Source of the DNA: Chiloscyllium plagiosum
Taxonomy: Eukaryota
Direction: 5' to 3'
NCBI RefSeq assembly: GCF_004010195.1
Contig: NC_057719.1
Span: 8,178,190 to 8,241,035, forward strand
DNA length: 62,846 nt
Below the pieces are notes generated by a model. That model worked only from the letters and a program-made list of their open reading frames with translations. It did not search any database and was not told the origin of the DNA. Below are positions 24,339 through 37,051 of this stretch, piece after piece (position 1 is the first letter of the stretch; each line of letters starts with the position of its first letter). A program made the position numbers and the translations under genes.

Positions 24339-25329
24339 AGTGGCTGAGACTTTCTCTTTTCCTTAGATGGTCATTTAATCAAGATCCAATTTTGGTCTTG
24401 CATTTCAGAGCCATGGATAGTTAAGTTAAATCAGCCTGTTAATTAATGTCCTGTGACTTTTAGCAACAGACGCACTTACCTCTGAATATGATGAAACCAA
24501 AGGTACCAATTTCACATAGCAGACAGAGCCCAGCTATCAAACCCTGCCCTGTGGTCACGAAGTAAAATGGGACCTTTGTTTGGCTCTGCATGATGAAAGT
24601 GGCCTGGGCCTGATAACAGGATACTTTGCACATGGGAGGAATTGATAACCTGGAGAGTAATAATCCACATTCTTTTAGATAGTCGTGTTGACGGTCGTGT
24701 TGTCTTTTCATACCCTTTTATCTGCTCCCCAACCCCCTCCACCCCAATGAAGTCTCAAACTCAGCAGATATTTTCAACCTTGGGCTCCAAGCCTTTGACT
24801 TGGGAGGACTCTTTATTCTTTATTTAAGAAAGTAGTTTATTTTTCACCTGTTATTCCTGCATTCAGCAACAGATCAAACCATTACTGGAGAATGAAGTAG
24901 CTTATTCTTTAATGAATAATATTTTTAAAAGGCTATTCTCTGGAACTAGCTTTCCAGTTGTTAGTTGCTTGAAATGTTTAAAGTAGTTTTAGTGGAATAA
25001 ATATATGATTGATGAGGTTTTAATGAATGCTAGATTGTATGAGATTTTTTTACTTGATTACGGAGAATCTACTGTGTAGGAACGGGCCATTTGACCCAAT
25101 GCTAGGTGTTATGCTTCACTTGCATATCCTCCATCTTCTATGTTCTGCTATCAGCAATACTGTCTTCCTATATCCCTCACATGCTTGCCTAGCCTCCTTT
25201 ACTATTCATCACGATGACTCCCTCTGATAGTGAGCTTCACTCACCACGCCGTGGGTAAAGAAGTTCCTTTAGAATTTCCAATAGGATTTCTTAAAAACGT
25301 CAGCCAGAAGTGTCAAGTGGCTGATCCAT

Positions 25330-27570
25330 CTCAGAACTCTGCAGTGGTCCCCAGCATCACAAAAGTCAGTCTTCAGCCAATTTGAAGATATGTGATATGA
25401 AGAAACTGTTGAAGAAACTGGATGCCCTAAAGATTATCGATTCTGACAGCACCTTGGTAATAGAACTGAAGACCTGTGCTCCAGAACTTGCCATTCCCCT
25501 AGCCAACAATACTGACATCTACCCGACAATGTGGAAAATTGCCCAGGAATGTTCTGTACAGGAACAGCAGAATGAATCCAACCTATCAGTGTACTCTCGA
25601 TCATGTGTAAAGTGATGGATGGTGTCATCAACAGTGCTGTCAAGCAGCACCTGCTCAGCAATAGCCTGCTCAGTGACGCCCAGTTTGGGTTCTGCCAGTG
25701 TCACTCAGCTCCTGATCTCATTACAGCCTTGGCTCAAATATGGATGAAAGAGTTGAATTCCAGAGGTGAGGTGAGAGTGACAGGCTTTGATATTAAGGCT
25801 ACATTCGACTGAGTGTGGCATCAAGGAGCCCGAGCAAAACTGGAATCAATGAGTATTGGGGGCAAACTCTTTGCTGGTTAGAGTCATACCTGACACATGG
25901 GAAGATGGTTGTGGTTATTGGAGGTCAGTCATCTCAGCTACAGGACATCTCTGCAGGAGTTCCTCAAGGTCTTGTCCAAGACCCAACCATTTTCAGCTGC
26001 TTCATCAATGACCTTCCCTCCATCATAAGGTCAAAATTGGGGATGTTCACCGATAACAACACAATGTTCAGCACTATTCACAATGACTAATACTGAAAAT
26101 AGAACAATACAGCGCAGAACAGGCCCTTCGGCCCTCGATGTTGCACTTACCTGTGAACTATTCTCAGCTCGTCCTCCTCCACTATCCCATAATCATCCAT
26201 GTGCTTATCCAAATAGACCATTTTCAAATTGAACAAGAGCTGGACGATATCCAGACTTGGGCGGACAAGTGGTAAGCAACATTCGCTCCACACAAATACC
26301 AGGTTGTGACAAACTGCATTAAGTGACAATCCAACCACAATTCCCCTTGACATTCAGTGGTGTTACCATCACTGAATTCCCCCACTAGCAACATCCTAGG
26401 GCTTACCGTTTACAGGAAATTCAACTGGATTCACCACATAAACACAGTGGCTACAAGAGCAGGTCAGAGGTTAAGAATACTGTGGCGAATAACTCATCTC
26501 CTGACACACACACACACACCACCCCACCCAAAGCCTGTCTACTGTCTACAAAGCACAAATCAGGAGTATGATGGAATACCCCCTGTTTGTCTGGGTGGGT
26601 GCAACTCCAACAACACTCAAGAAACTTAACACCCTCCAGGACAAAGTAGCCCACTTGATTGGCACTACATCCACAAGCATCCACTCCTTCAACCACTAAC
26701 CCTCAGTAGCAGCAGTGTGCACTATCTAAAAGGTACACTGCAGAAATCCACCAGAGATCCTCGGATAGCACCTTCCAAATAAAAGGACCACTTCCATCTA
26801 GAAGGACAAGGGCAGCAGATACATGGGAACAACAGCACCTGCAAGTTCCAAGCCACACACCACCCTGACTTGGAAATATATTAATGTTCCTTCATTTCAA
26901 TGGCTCTTCACAGACAACAAGCAGAACTAATGTCATTTACAAAATACTGTGCAAGGACTGTAACAAACACTACATTGGACAAACAAGCAGAAAATTAGCC
27001 ACCAGGATACATGAACACCAACTAGCCACAAAATGACATGACCCTCTCTCACTACATATAGCTAAGGAAGAACACCACTTCGACTGGGGCAACACATCCA
27101 TCCAAGCCAAACAGAGACATGCACGAGAATTCCTAGAAGCATGGCATTCCAACCGGAACTCTATCAACAAACACATTGAGTTAGAACCCATCTATCAACT
27201 GCTGAGAAAAAGAACAGGAAATGACATCACCAAAGGAGATGACATCGCCAACTCAAAGAAACCCAAACATAAAATTAAAAAGCAGGAATTATCAGCAGTG
27301 CTTTGCCCGGAGGCCCACTGAAGATGTTACCTAGTAGGGTGACAAAATGTCTGGAAATGAACCTTCCAGCTCAGCAGGCCAAACCTACATCCAGTTGGGT
27401 CAAAATCCTGGAATTTCCTCCCTAATGGCATTGTGGGTCCACCCATGGCAGGTGGACTGCAGCGGTTCAAGAAGGCAGCTCACCACCACCTTCTCAAGGG
27501 CAACTGGGGACGGGCAATAAATGTTGGCCCAGCCAGCAATCCTCACGTCCAACAAAAATGAATAAAAATA
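25330..27570 (+). mobile_element. Decayed LINE of a second CR1/L2-group family (RT to 3' end), interrupted by a CR1 tail (~26095-26215) and a Penelope
   Basis: LKTCAPELAIPL..MWKIA..QFGFCQCHSAPDLITAL..FDIKATFD..AGVPQG..FSCFINDL; 3' tail gggcaactgggacgggcaataaatgttggcc..aatgaataaaa. Confidence 0.8.
26905..27392 (+). mobile_element. Penelope-like element 3' fragment, distinct GIY-YIG lineage
   Basis: From 26929: NVIYKILCKDCNKHYIGQTSRKLATRIHEHQ..HHFDWGNT..REFLEAWHS..SINKHIEL. Hammerhead-like ctgaaga tgttacc tagtag ggtgac aaaatgtc at 27318-27351. Confidence 0.85.
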
Positions 27571-27874
27571 AAGTACTGAGATTGTTAATCATCAGCTTGG
27601 GCATATTAATACAAGACAGATGAGGTTTTGCATTATGACAATGGCAGACATTTTGCATTATATATTCCAGGCCAAATGAGAGCAACACATTGGGAAAAAG
27701 TAAGGAATATTTTCAGAAAAGCCAGCAAAAATATTGGGGCTAGAAGCCTGGATAATGCAGGGGACTTTAGTCAAAAGGAAGTTTTGGGAAAGCAGTGGTC
27801 TCACTGCAAGCAGCTGAATCATTTTGCACATAAATATTTAGTGAGACAGAAGCAAAGAGAAACTATCTGATAGC

Positions 27875-28265
27875 TCTTTGAAAGTTACATCACAGGTAGA
27901 CAGTGGTTAAGAAAGCATTTAGCACACTTACCTTCATTGCTCAGATCACTGAGTGTAGAACTTGGGATGTCATGTTGCGTTTGCGCAGGATATTGGTGGG
28001 GCCACGTCTGGAGTGCTGGGTACAGTTCTGGCCACCTTGTTATAGGAAGGATATTATTAAATTGGAGAGGGTTCAGAAAAGATTTAACAGGCTGTTGCCA
28101 GGGCTGGAAGGTTTGACTTACAAGGAGAGGCTGTATAAGCTGGGGCTTTTTTCACTGGAGTATAGGAGGCCAAATGCAGGCAATTAAAATTAATTTAGTT
28201 TGAGAAACTTTGTCAGCATGGACAAGTTGGACTGAAGGGTCTGTTTCCATGCTGTGTGACTCTAT
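27875..28265 (+). mobile_element. CR1 LINE 3' fragment with internal deletion
   Basis: VKKAF..LVGPRLECWVQFWPPCYRKDIIKLERVQKRF..LGLFSLE, then tail. Confidence 0.85.
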
Positions 28266-30959
28266 AAATGGCTGCTGGAGAAATGTCAGACAAGTATTCA
28301 GATGGATCGCTGAACACCAAACAACAGGTTGACGTTCAGGTTTGAAGGTGGTAAATGGTTTGTGGCTGTTAGAATGATGACTCCAGAAGGAGAGGTCCAA
28401 GTGGGAATTGTCAGATAGGCACCAGTGCAAGATATAACACAGGCTTGTGCAAAATGGTTCGAGATGGTCACCCAGAAATGCAGCTGAGAACCCAATGCAA
28501 TGGGAAGAATGAAGATCTGGATTTCCAGACAAAAGACATGAGGTACAATTCAACTGAAGTATATATGAATCATGGACTGATAACTCTACATATACGAGGA
28601 GAGATTTGCAATGTTTTTCAGGTCATTATATGATTAACTGATGAACAGATCCTTGAAGATTACACCAGAAGGTATTTTTTACAGGTCTTGTATGTCCTTC
28701 CTTGTACATATCGTCACATGGTAGATGCGAGTGTGAGACCAGGTCAGCAACTCAGCATCAGGTCTCCCAGATCCCAGTAAGGTGAGTGTTGTATCAGAGA
28801 TCCCAACCGATGTAAAAGCAACATAATGATATCTCTGATTAGTGAACTATTTAGCAATTTGTGCCAAATTTGTCTCCAGAATGTCAGCATATATGTGAGT
28901 TCACCACTATCGCAGCACAGAGCAAGATGCTAATTTCACTAGAATCGAGCATCTAGTGTTGAAGTTGCCAGTGCCTAGGAACTACAATGTCAAGGAATAA
29001 GTCACTTTGCAATGTGATGGCAGTGAGACAAATCTGAACTCAGTTTGCAATAACACCCTAGATGCAAATGTAACTGGATGTCTCTGCTGCATAAAAGGTC
29101 TCTCCTACTGCGGGTACACTCAGCTTGAGAAAGAATGCATATTGTCTTTAATGTGTGTGCAATGAAAACCTGTTTGAGAGAGATAGAGTAACAGCAGAGT
29201 GCGACCACAAGCCATTTCAAAGCATCTAAAACTGTTTGCAATGAATGTAATTTCATTTATTTATTTTGTGGATATGACACACCAACAAGGGATATTAAAG
29301 ACCTATTGGCGAGAGGAGCCCTCACTGTGAAGAAAGCTCCAGATGCTAAGACACCATGTGAAATCTGCGAGATGCAATGAGAAGCCACAGCTCAGTATAT
29401 TGTGGAAGATATCAGTGCAGCAGGGAATCTCAGTCTGAAAGGCAACAGTCTCACTTTAATGAAACACTCACCACAGGACAGGCACTTGTGGGAAGAAATG
29501 TCGCCCCAGGAACAAGTACATACCAGATATTCTGATAACAACTTGCGGGTTGTCATTAAAGGGCCTGAACATTTTTAGAAATAATGAATGGAATGCATGC
29601 GCAGAGCCTGATGGATGTGAGATTGACTAGAAGTAACATGCAATTTGTTCATTAATCATAACTTTCTTGGGTTGACCATGCGATTTAATAAATTGTAGCA
29701 ATAAAGGGTCATGCATGCCATTTGTCTTTGTTTATTTATGAAGAGGGGGACATTTGCAGAAATGCATTTGCAAGTAGTGTACTCGCTGGCTTTCCAAGGT
29801 AATGTGACCTCTACTTTTATTGAAAGTGTTTTCACTTTGGTTTATGGCAACCATTGAACATATTGCATAAAGCAGATTTATTTCACCTACCGTGATGTTG
29901 GTTCTGTGGCTAATTTCTGGTTAAGACTAAGTTTGCTTGTGATTGGTTTCTCCTATCTATCAAGATAATTGGGCGTGGGTGTTAGTCTTTATAAAAATAG
30001 ATACTGTTGAGTTCTCAGTGCAGATAAATGAGGGACTCTAATCTAAGTCTATGCAGTCAGAATGAAAGGTATACCCTTACTGATTGTGTTATCTGACTCA
30101 TTCTTGAATGAGTTCATTCTTTTTATTTCCTATCCTGAAGTACAGTCTGTTTTTTATATGAAAAAGTTAGTCTACCATTTGTCCTACAATGTACCTTTCC
30201 TAATCCTGTAGGTACAGGTTTAAGGTCCACTTTACATATAAAATAGGAATTTAGCTGGAAGAGGAAATTCAGTAAAGAGGGAAAAAGAGATGTTTTGCCT
30301 TAAGGCTATAGCAAGAAGTAAAGTGTGTTGAGTGAGGACTGTGGTGAAGAGAGGGGAGGTGACTTTCTTTCAGTAAGTTATTCATTGGTAAGAAACTGCT
30401 ATTACAGACTGCGTTTAGATTGCTGCAAACTATATAAAGTGTATTACTTTTAAAGAAGTAGTTGCACTTGGATTTAACTGGGACATATTAGAGATTAGGG
30501 AAAGTCAGGGCTATATGCAATCTGAGACTAGTACAGCTGAGAACATAAGAGAGTCAAACAGTCAGGGCAGGCAGGGACAAGGTAGGACTAATAAATTCAA
30601 CTGCATTTATTTCAATGCAAGGGGCCTAACAGGGAAGGCAGGTGAACTCAGGGCATGGTTAGGAACATGGGACTGGGATATCAAAGCAATTACAGAAACA
30701 TGGCTCAGGGATGGGCAGGACTGGCAGCTTAATGTTCCAGGATACAAATGCTACAGGAAAGATAGAAAGGGAGGCAAGACAGGAAGGGGAGTGGTGTTTT
30801 TGATGAGGGATAGCATTACAGCTGTGTTGAGGGAGGATATTCCTGGAAATACATCCAGGGAAGTTATTTGGGTGGAACTGAGAAATAAGAAAGGGATGAT
30901 CACCTTATTGGGATTGTAATATAGACCCCCCAATAGTCAGAGGGAAATTGAGAAACAAA

Positions 30960-31622
30960 NNNNNNNNNNNNNNNNNNNNNNNNNNNNNNNNNNNNNNNNN
31001 NNNNNNNNNNNNNNNNNNNNNNNNNNNNNNNNNNNNNNNNNNNNNNNNNNNNNNNNNNNNNNNNNNNNNNNNNNNNNNNNNNNNNNNNNNNNNNNNNNNN
31101 NNNNNNNNNNNNNNNNNNNNNNNNNNNNNNNNNNNNNNNNNNNNNNNNNNNNNNNNNNNNNNNNNNNNNNNNNNNNNNNNNNNNNNNNNNNNNNNNNNNN
31201 NNNNNNNNNNNNNNNNNNNNNNNNNNNNNNNNNNNNNNNNNNNNNNNNNNNNNNNNNNNNNNNNNNNNNNNNNNNNNNNNNNNNNNNNNNNNNNNNNNNN
31301 NNNNNNNNNNNNNNNNNNNNNNNNNNNNNNNNNNNNNNNNNNNNNNNNNNNNNNNNNNNNNNNNNNNNNNNNNNNNNNNNNNNNNNNNNNNNNNNNNNNN
31401 NNNNNNNNNNNNNNNNNNNNNNNNNNNNNNNNNNNNNNNNNNNNNNNNNNNNNNNNNNNNNNNNNNNNNNNNNNNNNNNNNNNNNNNNNNNNNNNNNNNN
31501 NNNNNNNNNNNNNNNNNNNNNNNNNNNNNNNNNNNNNNNNNNNNNNNNNNNNNNNNNNNNNNNNNNNNNNNNNNNNNNNNNNNNNNNNNNNNNNNNNNNN
31601 NNNNNNNNNNNNNNNNNNNNNN
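30960..31622. other. Assembly gap
   Basis: Run of N. Confidence 1.
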
Positions 31623-32947
31623 AGAGAAGGTGCAAACCTTGACCTACTCTTGGGAAATAAGTCAGGGCAGGTGACTGAGGTGTCAGTGGGGGAGCACTTT
31701 GGGGCCAGCGACCATAATTCTATTAGTTTTAAAATAGCGATTGAAAAGGATAGACCAGATCTAAAAGTTGAAGTTCTAAATTACCGCCAATTTTGACGGT
31801 ATTAGGCAAGAACTTTCAAAAGTTGATTGGAGGCAGATGTTCGCAGGTAAAGGGACGGCTGGAAAATGGGAAGCCTTCAGAAATGAGATAACGAGAATCC
31901 AGAGAAAGTATATTTCTGTGAGGGTGAAAGGAAAGGCGGGTAGGTACAGGGAATGCTGGATGACTAAAGAAATTGAGGGTTTTGTTAAGAAAAAGAAGGA
32001 AGCATATGTAAGGTATAGACAGGATAGATCGAGTGAATCCTTAGAAGGGTATAAAGGAAGTAGCAGTATACTTAAGACAGAAATCAGAAGGGCAAAAAGG
32101 GGACATGAGATAGCTTTGGCAAATCCAAAGGGTTTTTACAAATACATTAAGGAGAAAAGGGTAACTAGGGAGAGAATAGGGCCCCTCAAAGATCAGCAAG
32201 GTGGCCTTTGTGTGGAGCTGCTGACATGGGGGAGATACTAAACGAGTATTTTGCATCAGTATTTACTGTGGAAAAGGATATGGAAGACTTAGACAGTAGA
32301 GAAATAGATAGTGACATCATGCAAAATGTCCAGATTACAGAGGAGGAAGTGCTGGATGCCTTGAAACGGTTAGAGGTGGATAAATCCCCAGGACATGATC
32401 AGGTGTACCTGAGAACTCCGTGAGAAGCTAGAGAAGTGATTGCTGGGCCTCTTGCTGAGATATTTGCAACATCGATAGTCACAGGTGAAGTGCCGGAAGA
32501 CTGGAGGTTGGCTAACGTGGTGCCACTGTTTAAGAAGGGCGGTAAGGACAAGCCAGGGGACTATAGGCTGGTGAGCCTGACCTCGGTGGTGGACAAGTTG
32601 TTGGAAGGAATCCTGAGGGACAGGATCTACATGTATTTGGAAAGACGAGGACTGATTAGGGATAGTCAACATGGCTTTGTGCGTGGGAAATCATGTCTCA
32701 CAAACTTGATTGAGTTTTTTGAAGAAGTAACAAAGAGGATTGATGAGGGGAGGACATGATCTATATGGACTTCAGGAAGCATTCAACAAGGTTCCCCATG
32801 GGACATTGGTTACCAAGGTTAGACCTCAGTTGAAAGGGTTCTCTAAAGATTTACAAGCATGTTGTCAGGGTTGGAGGATTTGAGCTATAGGGAGAAGCTG
32901 AATAGGCTGGGGCTGTTTTCCCTGGAGCGTCAGAGGTTGAAGGGTGA

Positions 32948-33309
32948 NNNNNNNNNNNNNNNNNNNNNNNNNNNNNNNNNNNNNNNNNNNNNNNNNNNNN
33001 NNNNNNNNNNNNNNNNNNNNNNNNNNNNNNNNNNNNNNNNNNNNNNNNNNNNNNNNNNNNNNNNNNNNNNNNNNNNNNNNNNNNNNNNNNNNNNNNNNNN
33101 NNNNNNNNNNNNNNNNNNNNNNNNNNNNNNNNNNNNNNNNNNNNNNNNNNNNNNNNNNNNNNNNNNNNNNNNNNNNNNNNNNNNNNNNNNNNNNNNNNNN
33201 NNNNNNNNNNNNNNNNNNNNNNNNNNNNNNNNNNNNNNNNNNNNNNNNNNNNNNNNNNNNNNNNNNNNNNNNNNNNNNNNNNNNNNNNNNNNNNNNNNNN
33301 NNNNNNNNN
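32948..33309. other. Assembly gap
   Basis: Run of N. Confidence 1.
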
Positions 33310-33802
33310 TTATAGAGGTTTACAAAATTATGAGGGGCATGGATAGGTAAATAGGCAAAGTCTTTTTCCTGGGGTCGGGGAGTCCAGAACCAGAGGGACA
33401 TAGGTTTAGGGTGAGAGGGGAAAGATATTAAAGAGACCTAAGGGGCAACCTTTTCACACAGAGGGTGGTACGTGTATGGAATGAGCTGCCAGAGGATGTG
33501 GTGGATGCTGGTACAATTGCAACATTGAAGAGGCATTTGGATGGGTATATGAATAGGAAGGGTTTGGAGGGGTATGGGCTGGGTGCTGGCAGGTGGGACT
33601 AGATTGGGTTGGGATATCTGGTCGGCATGGATGGGTTGGACTGAAGGGTCTGTTTCCATTGTGTACATCTCTCTGACTCTATGACTCTCATATAATAAAG
33701 TAACAGAAGTAATCCAAAGCAAACTAAAGTAACTGTAAGAGAACTAAAGTTAAGGCTTGGCAGTGTAGTTTGGTCAAGTGGAATGTGCGAGCTTTAATAT
33801 AG

Positions 33803-34145
33803 GGAGGCAATGGTCTAGTAGTGTTATTGTTGTACTGTTAATCCAGAAGCCCAGCTAAATTCACTGCTTCAGTAGGCTGTGGAGGCCAGGTTATTGAGTA
33901 CATTTAAGACAGAAATAGATAGGTTCTTGATTATTAACGGGATTAAGGGGTACAGGGAGAAAGTGGGAGAATGGGGTTGAGAAACTTATCAGCCATGATT
34001 GAATGGCAGAGCAGACTCGATGGGCTGAATGGCCTAATTTCTGCTCTTGTGTCTTATGGTGTAATGTTCTGGGGACCTGGGTTCAAATCCCCCCATGGCA
34101 GATGGTAGAATTTGAATTCAACAAAAATCTGGAATTAAGAATCTA
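33803..34145 (+). mobile_element. SacSINE1-like SINE head split by a CR1 3' fragment (~33865-34058)
   Basis: gggaggcaatggtctagtag..aatccagaagcccagctaa | insert ending cttgtgtcttatgg | taatgttctggggacctgggttcaaatcc. Confidence 0.65.
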
Positions 34146-34504
34146 TTTAAGGGGATCAAAGATTATGGGGAGAAGGCAGGAAAAACAAAGTCAGAAATTG
34201 CTGGGAATTAACTCGTTAACTCTGCTTTCTCTCCACAGATACTTCCAGACCTGCTGAGTTTATATTTTTGTTTCAGGTCTCCAGCATCCACAGTTTATTT
34301 TTTATTTAGGGATTGGGAAACACATCAGCCGTGATTGAATGATGGATCAGACTCAGTAGGCGGAAAAGCCTAATTCTGCTCCTGTGTCTTATGGGGAGGA
34401 TCGGGGAGTGTTAGATTCCTAGGAGAAGCTCTGAGGGAGGGGGGACCTGTATAAACCGGGTGGGTTCTACTGAACAGGACAGAACAGTTCTGAAGAACAG
34501 GCTG

Positions 34505-34765
34505 AAGTGGGTACTGCAGATGCTGGAGATCAGAGTCAAGATTAGAGTGATGCTGGAAAAGCACAGCAGGTCAGGCAGCATCCGAGGAGCAGGAAAATCG
34601 ACATTTCGGGCAAAAGCCCTTCATCAGGAATCAGCTCTGAAGAACAGTTGACTGGACTCAAAACATTAAATCTCTTTCTCTCTCCATAGATTCTGCCTGA
34701 CCTGTTGACTTTCTTCAGCACCTTCTATGTTTATTTCAGATTTCCAACATCTGAAGATTTTGCTT
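34505..34765. mobile_element. Penelope family B terminus (minus) adjacent to family C terminus (plus)
   Basis: actgcagatgctggagatcagagtc..cccttcatcagg, then ctgaagaacag..ggactcaaaacattaa..gatttccaacatctg. Confidence 0.75.
34600..34627 (-). ncRNA. Minimal hammerhead ribozyme core (Penelope family B)
   Basis: Minus strand CUGAUGA-A-GGGC-UUUU-GCCC-GAAAUGUC: catalytic boxes, 4 bp stem II, GUC site. Confidence 0.6.
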
Positions 34766-34850
34766 TTATTTGAGAGATCAACATTGATGTGCTCATGACA
34801 GAATATGTCAACTTGAAGGGTTACGCCACTAAGTTGCTCTTGGGCTAAGT

Positions 34851-35188
34851 GGGCAGCATGGTGGCTCAGTGGTTTGCACTGCTGCCTCACAGCACCAGGG
34901 ACCTGGGCGACTGTCTGTGTGCAGTTTGCACATTCTTCCCGTGTCTGCGTGGGTTTCTTCCAGGTGCTCCGGTTTCCTCCTACATTCCTAAGATGTACAG
35001 GTTAGGTGAATTGGCCATGCTAAATTGCCCGTAGTGTTCAGGGATGTGTGGGTTAGGTACATTAATCAGGGGTAAATGTAGAGTAATAAGGTAGGGGAAT
35101 GAGTCTGGGTAGGTTACTTTGCAGAGGGTCAGTATAGACTTGTTGGGCCAAATGGCCTGTTTCCACACTGTAGGGGTTCTATGGTTCT
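34851..35188 (+). mobile_element. HE1-like SINE (B box deleted)
   Basis: Homologous to 1228-1538. Confidence 0.85.
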
Positions 35189-35909
35189 AAGTTGCTCTTC
35201 TTGGCTTCATTAAATCTTTCAGAGAAACTCCATGTCCATTTTGCACTCTCTCCTTCCTCGCTTCTGTCCTTTCCCATATTCAGGGCTAACTCACCATCCT
35301 GACAGAGGTTACTGTTTCAATGAAGGCATTAGTCTGAGTCTTATTCAGGTCAAATCTGTCTACCCTCCACAATCTGATCTTTCCCCAGTACTAGCCAAGG
35401 AACCTGAAAGTTTGTCTTCCTACACTTTCCGCCCAGTTATGAAGGATTTAATTTTGCTAATCCTAGACCAATTGTCAGGCAATTTCAGTAGTAATACTGA
35501 AATTATTGAATTTAATCATTTTTAAAACATCAGTTCAATTTCTTCTGTCCATTTGGAAATTCATTGCTCATTAATTTAAAAATCTCACACAGATGAATAA
35601 CTAACAATGATAAAGGAAACAGCAACATTTGCAATGAACAATGTCAGGACACCACAATCTTATCTCGACAAACACAGACAATACTCAGGCAAGTCCTGCT
35701 TCTTTGCAGTGTGACAATTGGGAGAGGGAATGACAGGAGAAAGCTATCCCAGGGTGGCCCTCCCAGATACGGGAGAAGCAATGCCCTTCGTATGAATACA
35801 TCCTACACCTCACTCAATCTCCAAGTTACTAAAAACTTCCTTTTTTCTCTCTGTTTGGGCTCCACTGTTGTGGCTAATCTGACTAAACTCCATTTCCCGG
35901 ACACGTCCC

Positions 35910-36122
35910 TTAGATGCAAGAACAGCTTCTTCCCCACTGTTATCAGACTTTTGAATAGACCTCTCGATTGTTAATTCTGATCCCTCTCTCTGCAGCTGTA
36001 ACACTGTATTCTGCTCTCTTCATTACCCTGATGCACTTTGTATGGCATGCTCTGCCTGTAGAGCACGCAAAACAACACTTCTCACTATCTTGGGACATGT
36101 GACAACAATAGATCAATTAATT
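35910..36122 (+). mobile_element. Rex1/Babar LINE 3' fragment
   Basis: RCKNSFFPTVIRLLN and 3' UTR homologous to 50840-51052. Confidence 0.7.
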
Positions 36123-36776
36123 AATGAAGCAGATAGCTGCAATGAAATTGGAGATCACCTGGTCAAATGTCAGGCCAAGTGGTGCCTTTAGTCCTTGGAT
36201 TGTTTGACTGTGAATGTGGCGACTTAGCATTGGCACAGCAGGCTTAAAGGGAAAGGATTAGGAGATTGGCCTGCTCTACGTGACCCGCCACTCTTACTAA
36301 ATGCATTTTGGGCAATTTAACGGCCAATTTTCCCAGTGCAGCTTGAATTATTGCGACGCTGGGGAATTGCTCCAGACTGACACGTACATTGTATCTAAAG
36401 GCTCACTCAGTTGTGCCGAGACTGCAATTTCTTCACTCTGCTTTGACTTAAGCTCACAAACAATGCCGTCGTTGGCAGAAATCTGGGTCGCGTTCCGTTC
36501 CAATCAGTCATGTGAAACAGGCTTCTTTCAGATATTGATAGTTAATCCCACGAACCACCACTTTTGTTTGTTAAACTGATTAAGGATTTATATTTGTGTT
36601 GATTTAAGACCTGCATACTTTGGTGTGTCAACAGAACACCCACAATAGCTGTTTAACTTTGAGAAAAAAAATCCCCACATACCTGAAGCAAATTTATAAT
36701 CTTCGCTAAAACCAGTTGAGATGATTGTACAAAGATCACTGAAGGAACTCAAACTTCGTCTTTGTATCTTTGTGGT

Positions 36777-37051
36777 GGGCGGCACGGTGGCTCAGTGGTT
36801 AGCACTGCTGCCACACAGCGCCAGAGACCCGGCTTCAATTCCCGCCTCAGGCGACCGACTGTATGGAGTTTGCACATTGTCTGTGTGGGTTTGCTCCGGT
36901 TTCCTCCCACAGTCCAAAAATGTGCAGGTTAGCTGAATTGACCAGGCTAAATTGCCCGTAGTGTTAGGGGCAGGGGAATGGATCTGGGTGCGGGTCGGTG
37001 TGGACTTGTTGGGCCGAAGGGCCTGTTTCCACACTGTAAGTAATCTAATCT
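36777..37051 (+). mobile_element. HE1-like SINE
   Basis: A/B boxes, body and tail gggcctgtttccacactgtaagtaatctaatc. Confidence 0.9.

Larger units (their letters stand above)
30518..33687 (+). mobile_element. CR1 (HER1-like) LINE ORF2 copy with two gaps and an internal RT deletion
   Basis: APE (CIYFNARGL..AITETWL, REGANLDLLL, SDHNSI), RT (PEDWRLANVVPLFKKG, SQHGFVRGKSCLTNL). Jumps from ~32828 directly to the C-terminal region; (ctatgact) tail. Confidence 0.9.

Noticed and set aside
23893..24424. His/Thr-rich and Cys/Val-rich ORFs
   Set aside because: Translations of a (CA)n microsatellite.
28685..28781. Plus-strand exon (tttttacag..aag|gtgagt)
   Set aside because: Splice-like sites lie inside a probable decayed retroelement, the obvious frame ends in a stop, and there is no partner exon.
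13148..33401. Long ORFs containing X runs
   Set aside because: Artefacts of the N gaps.
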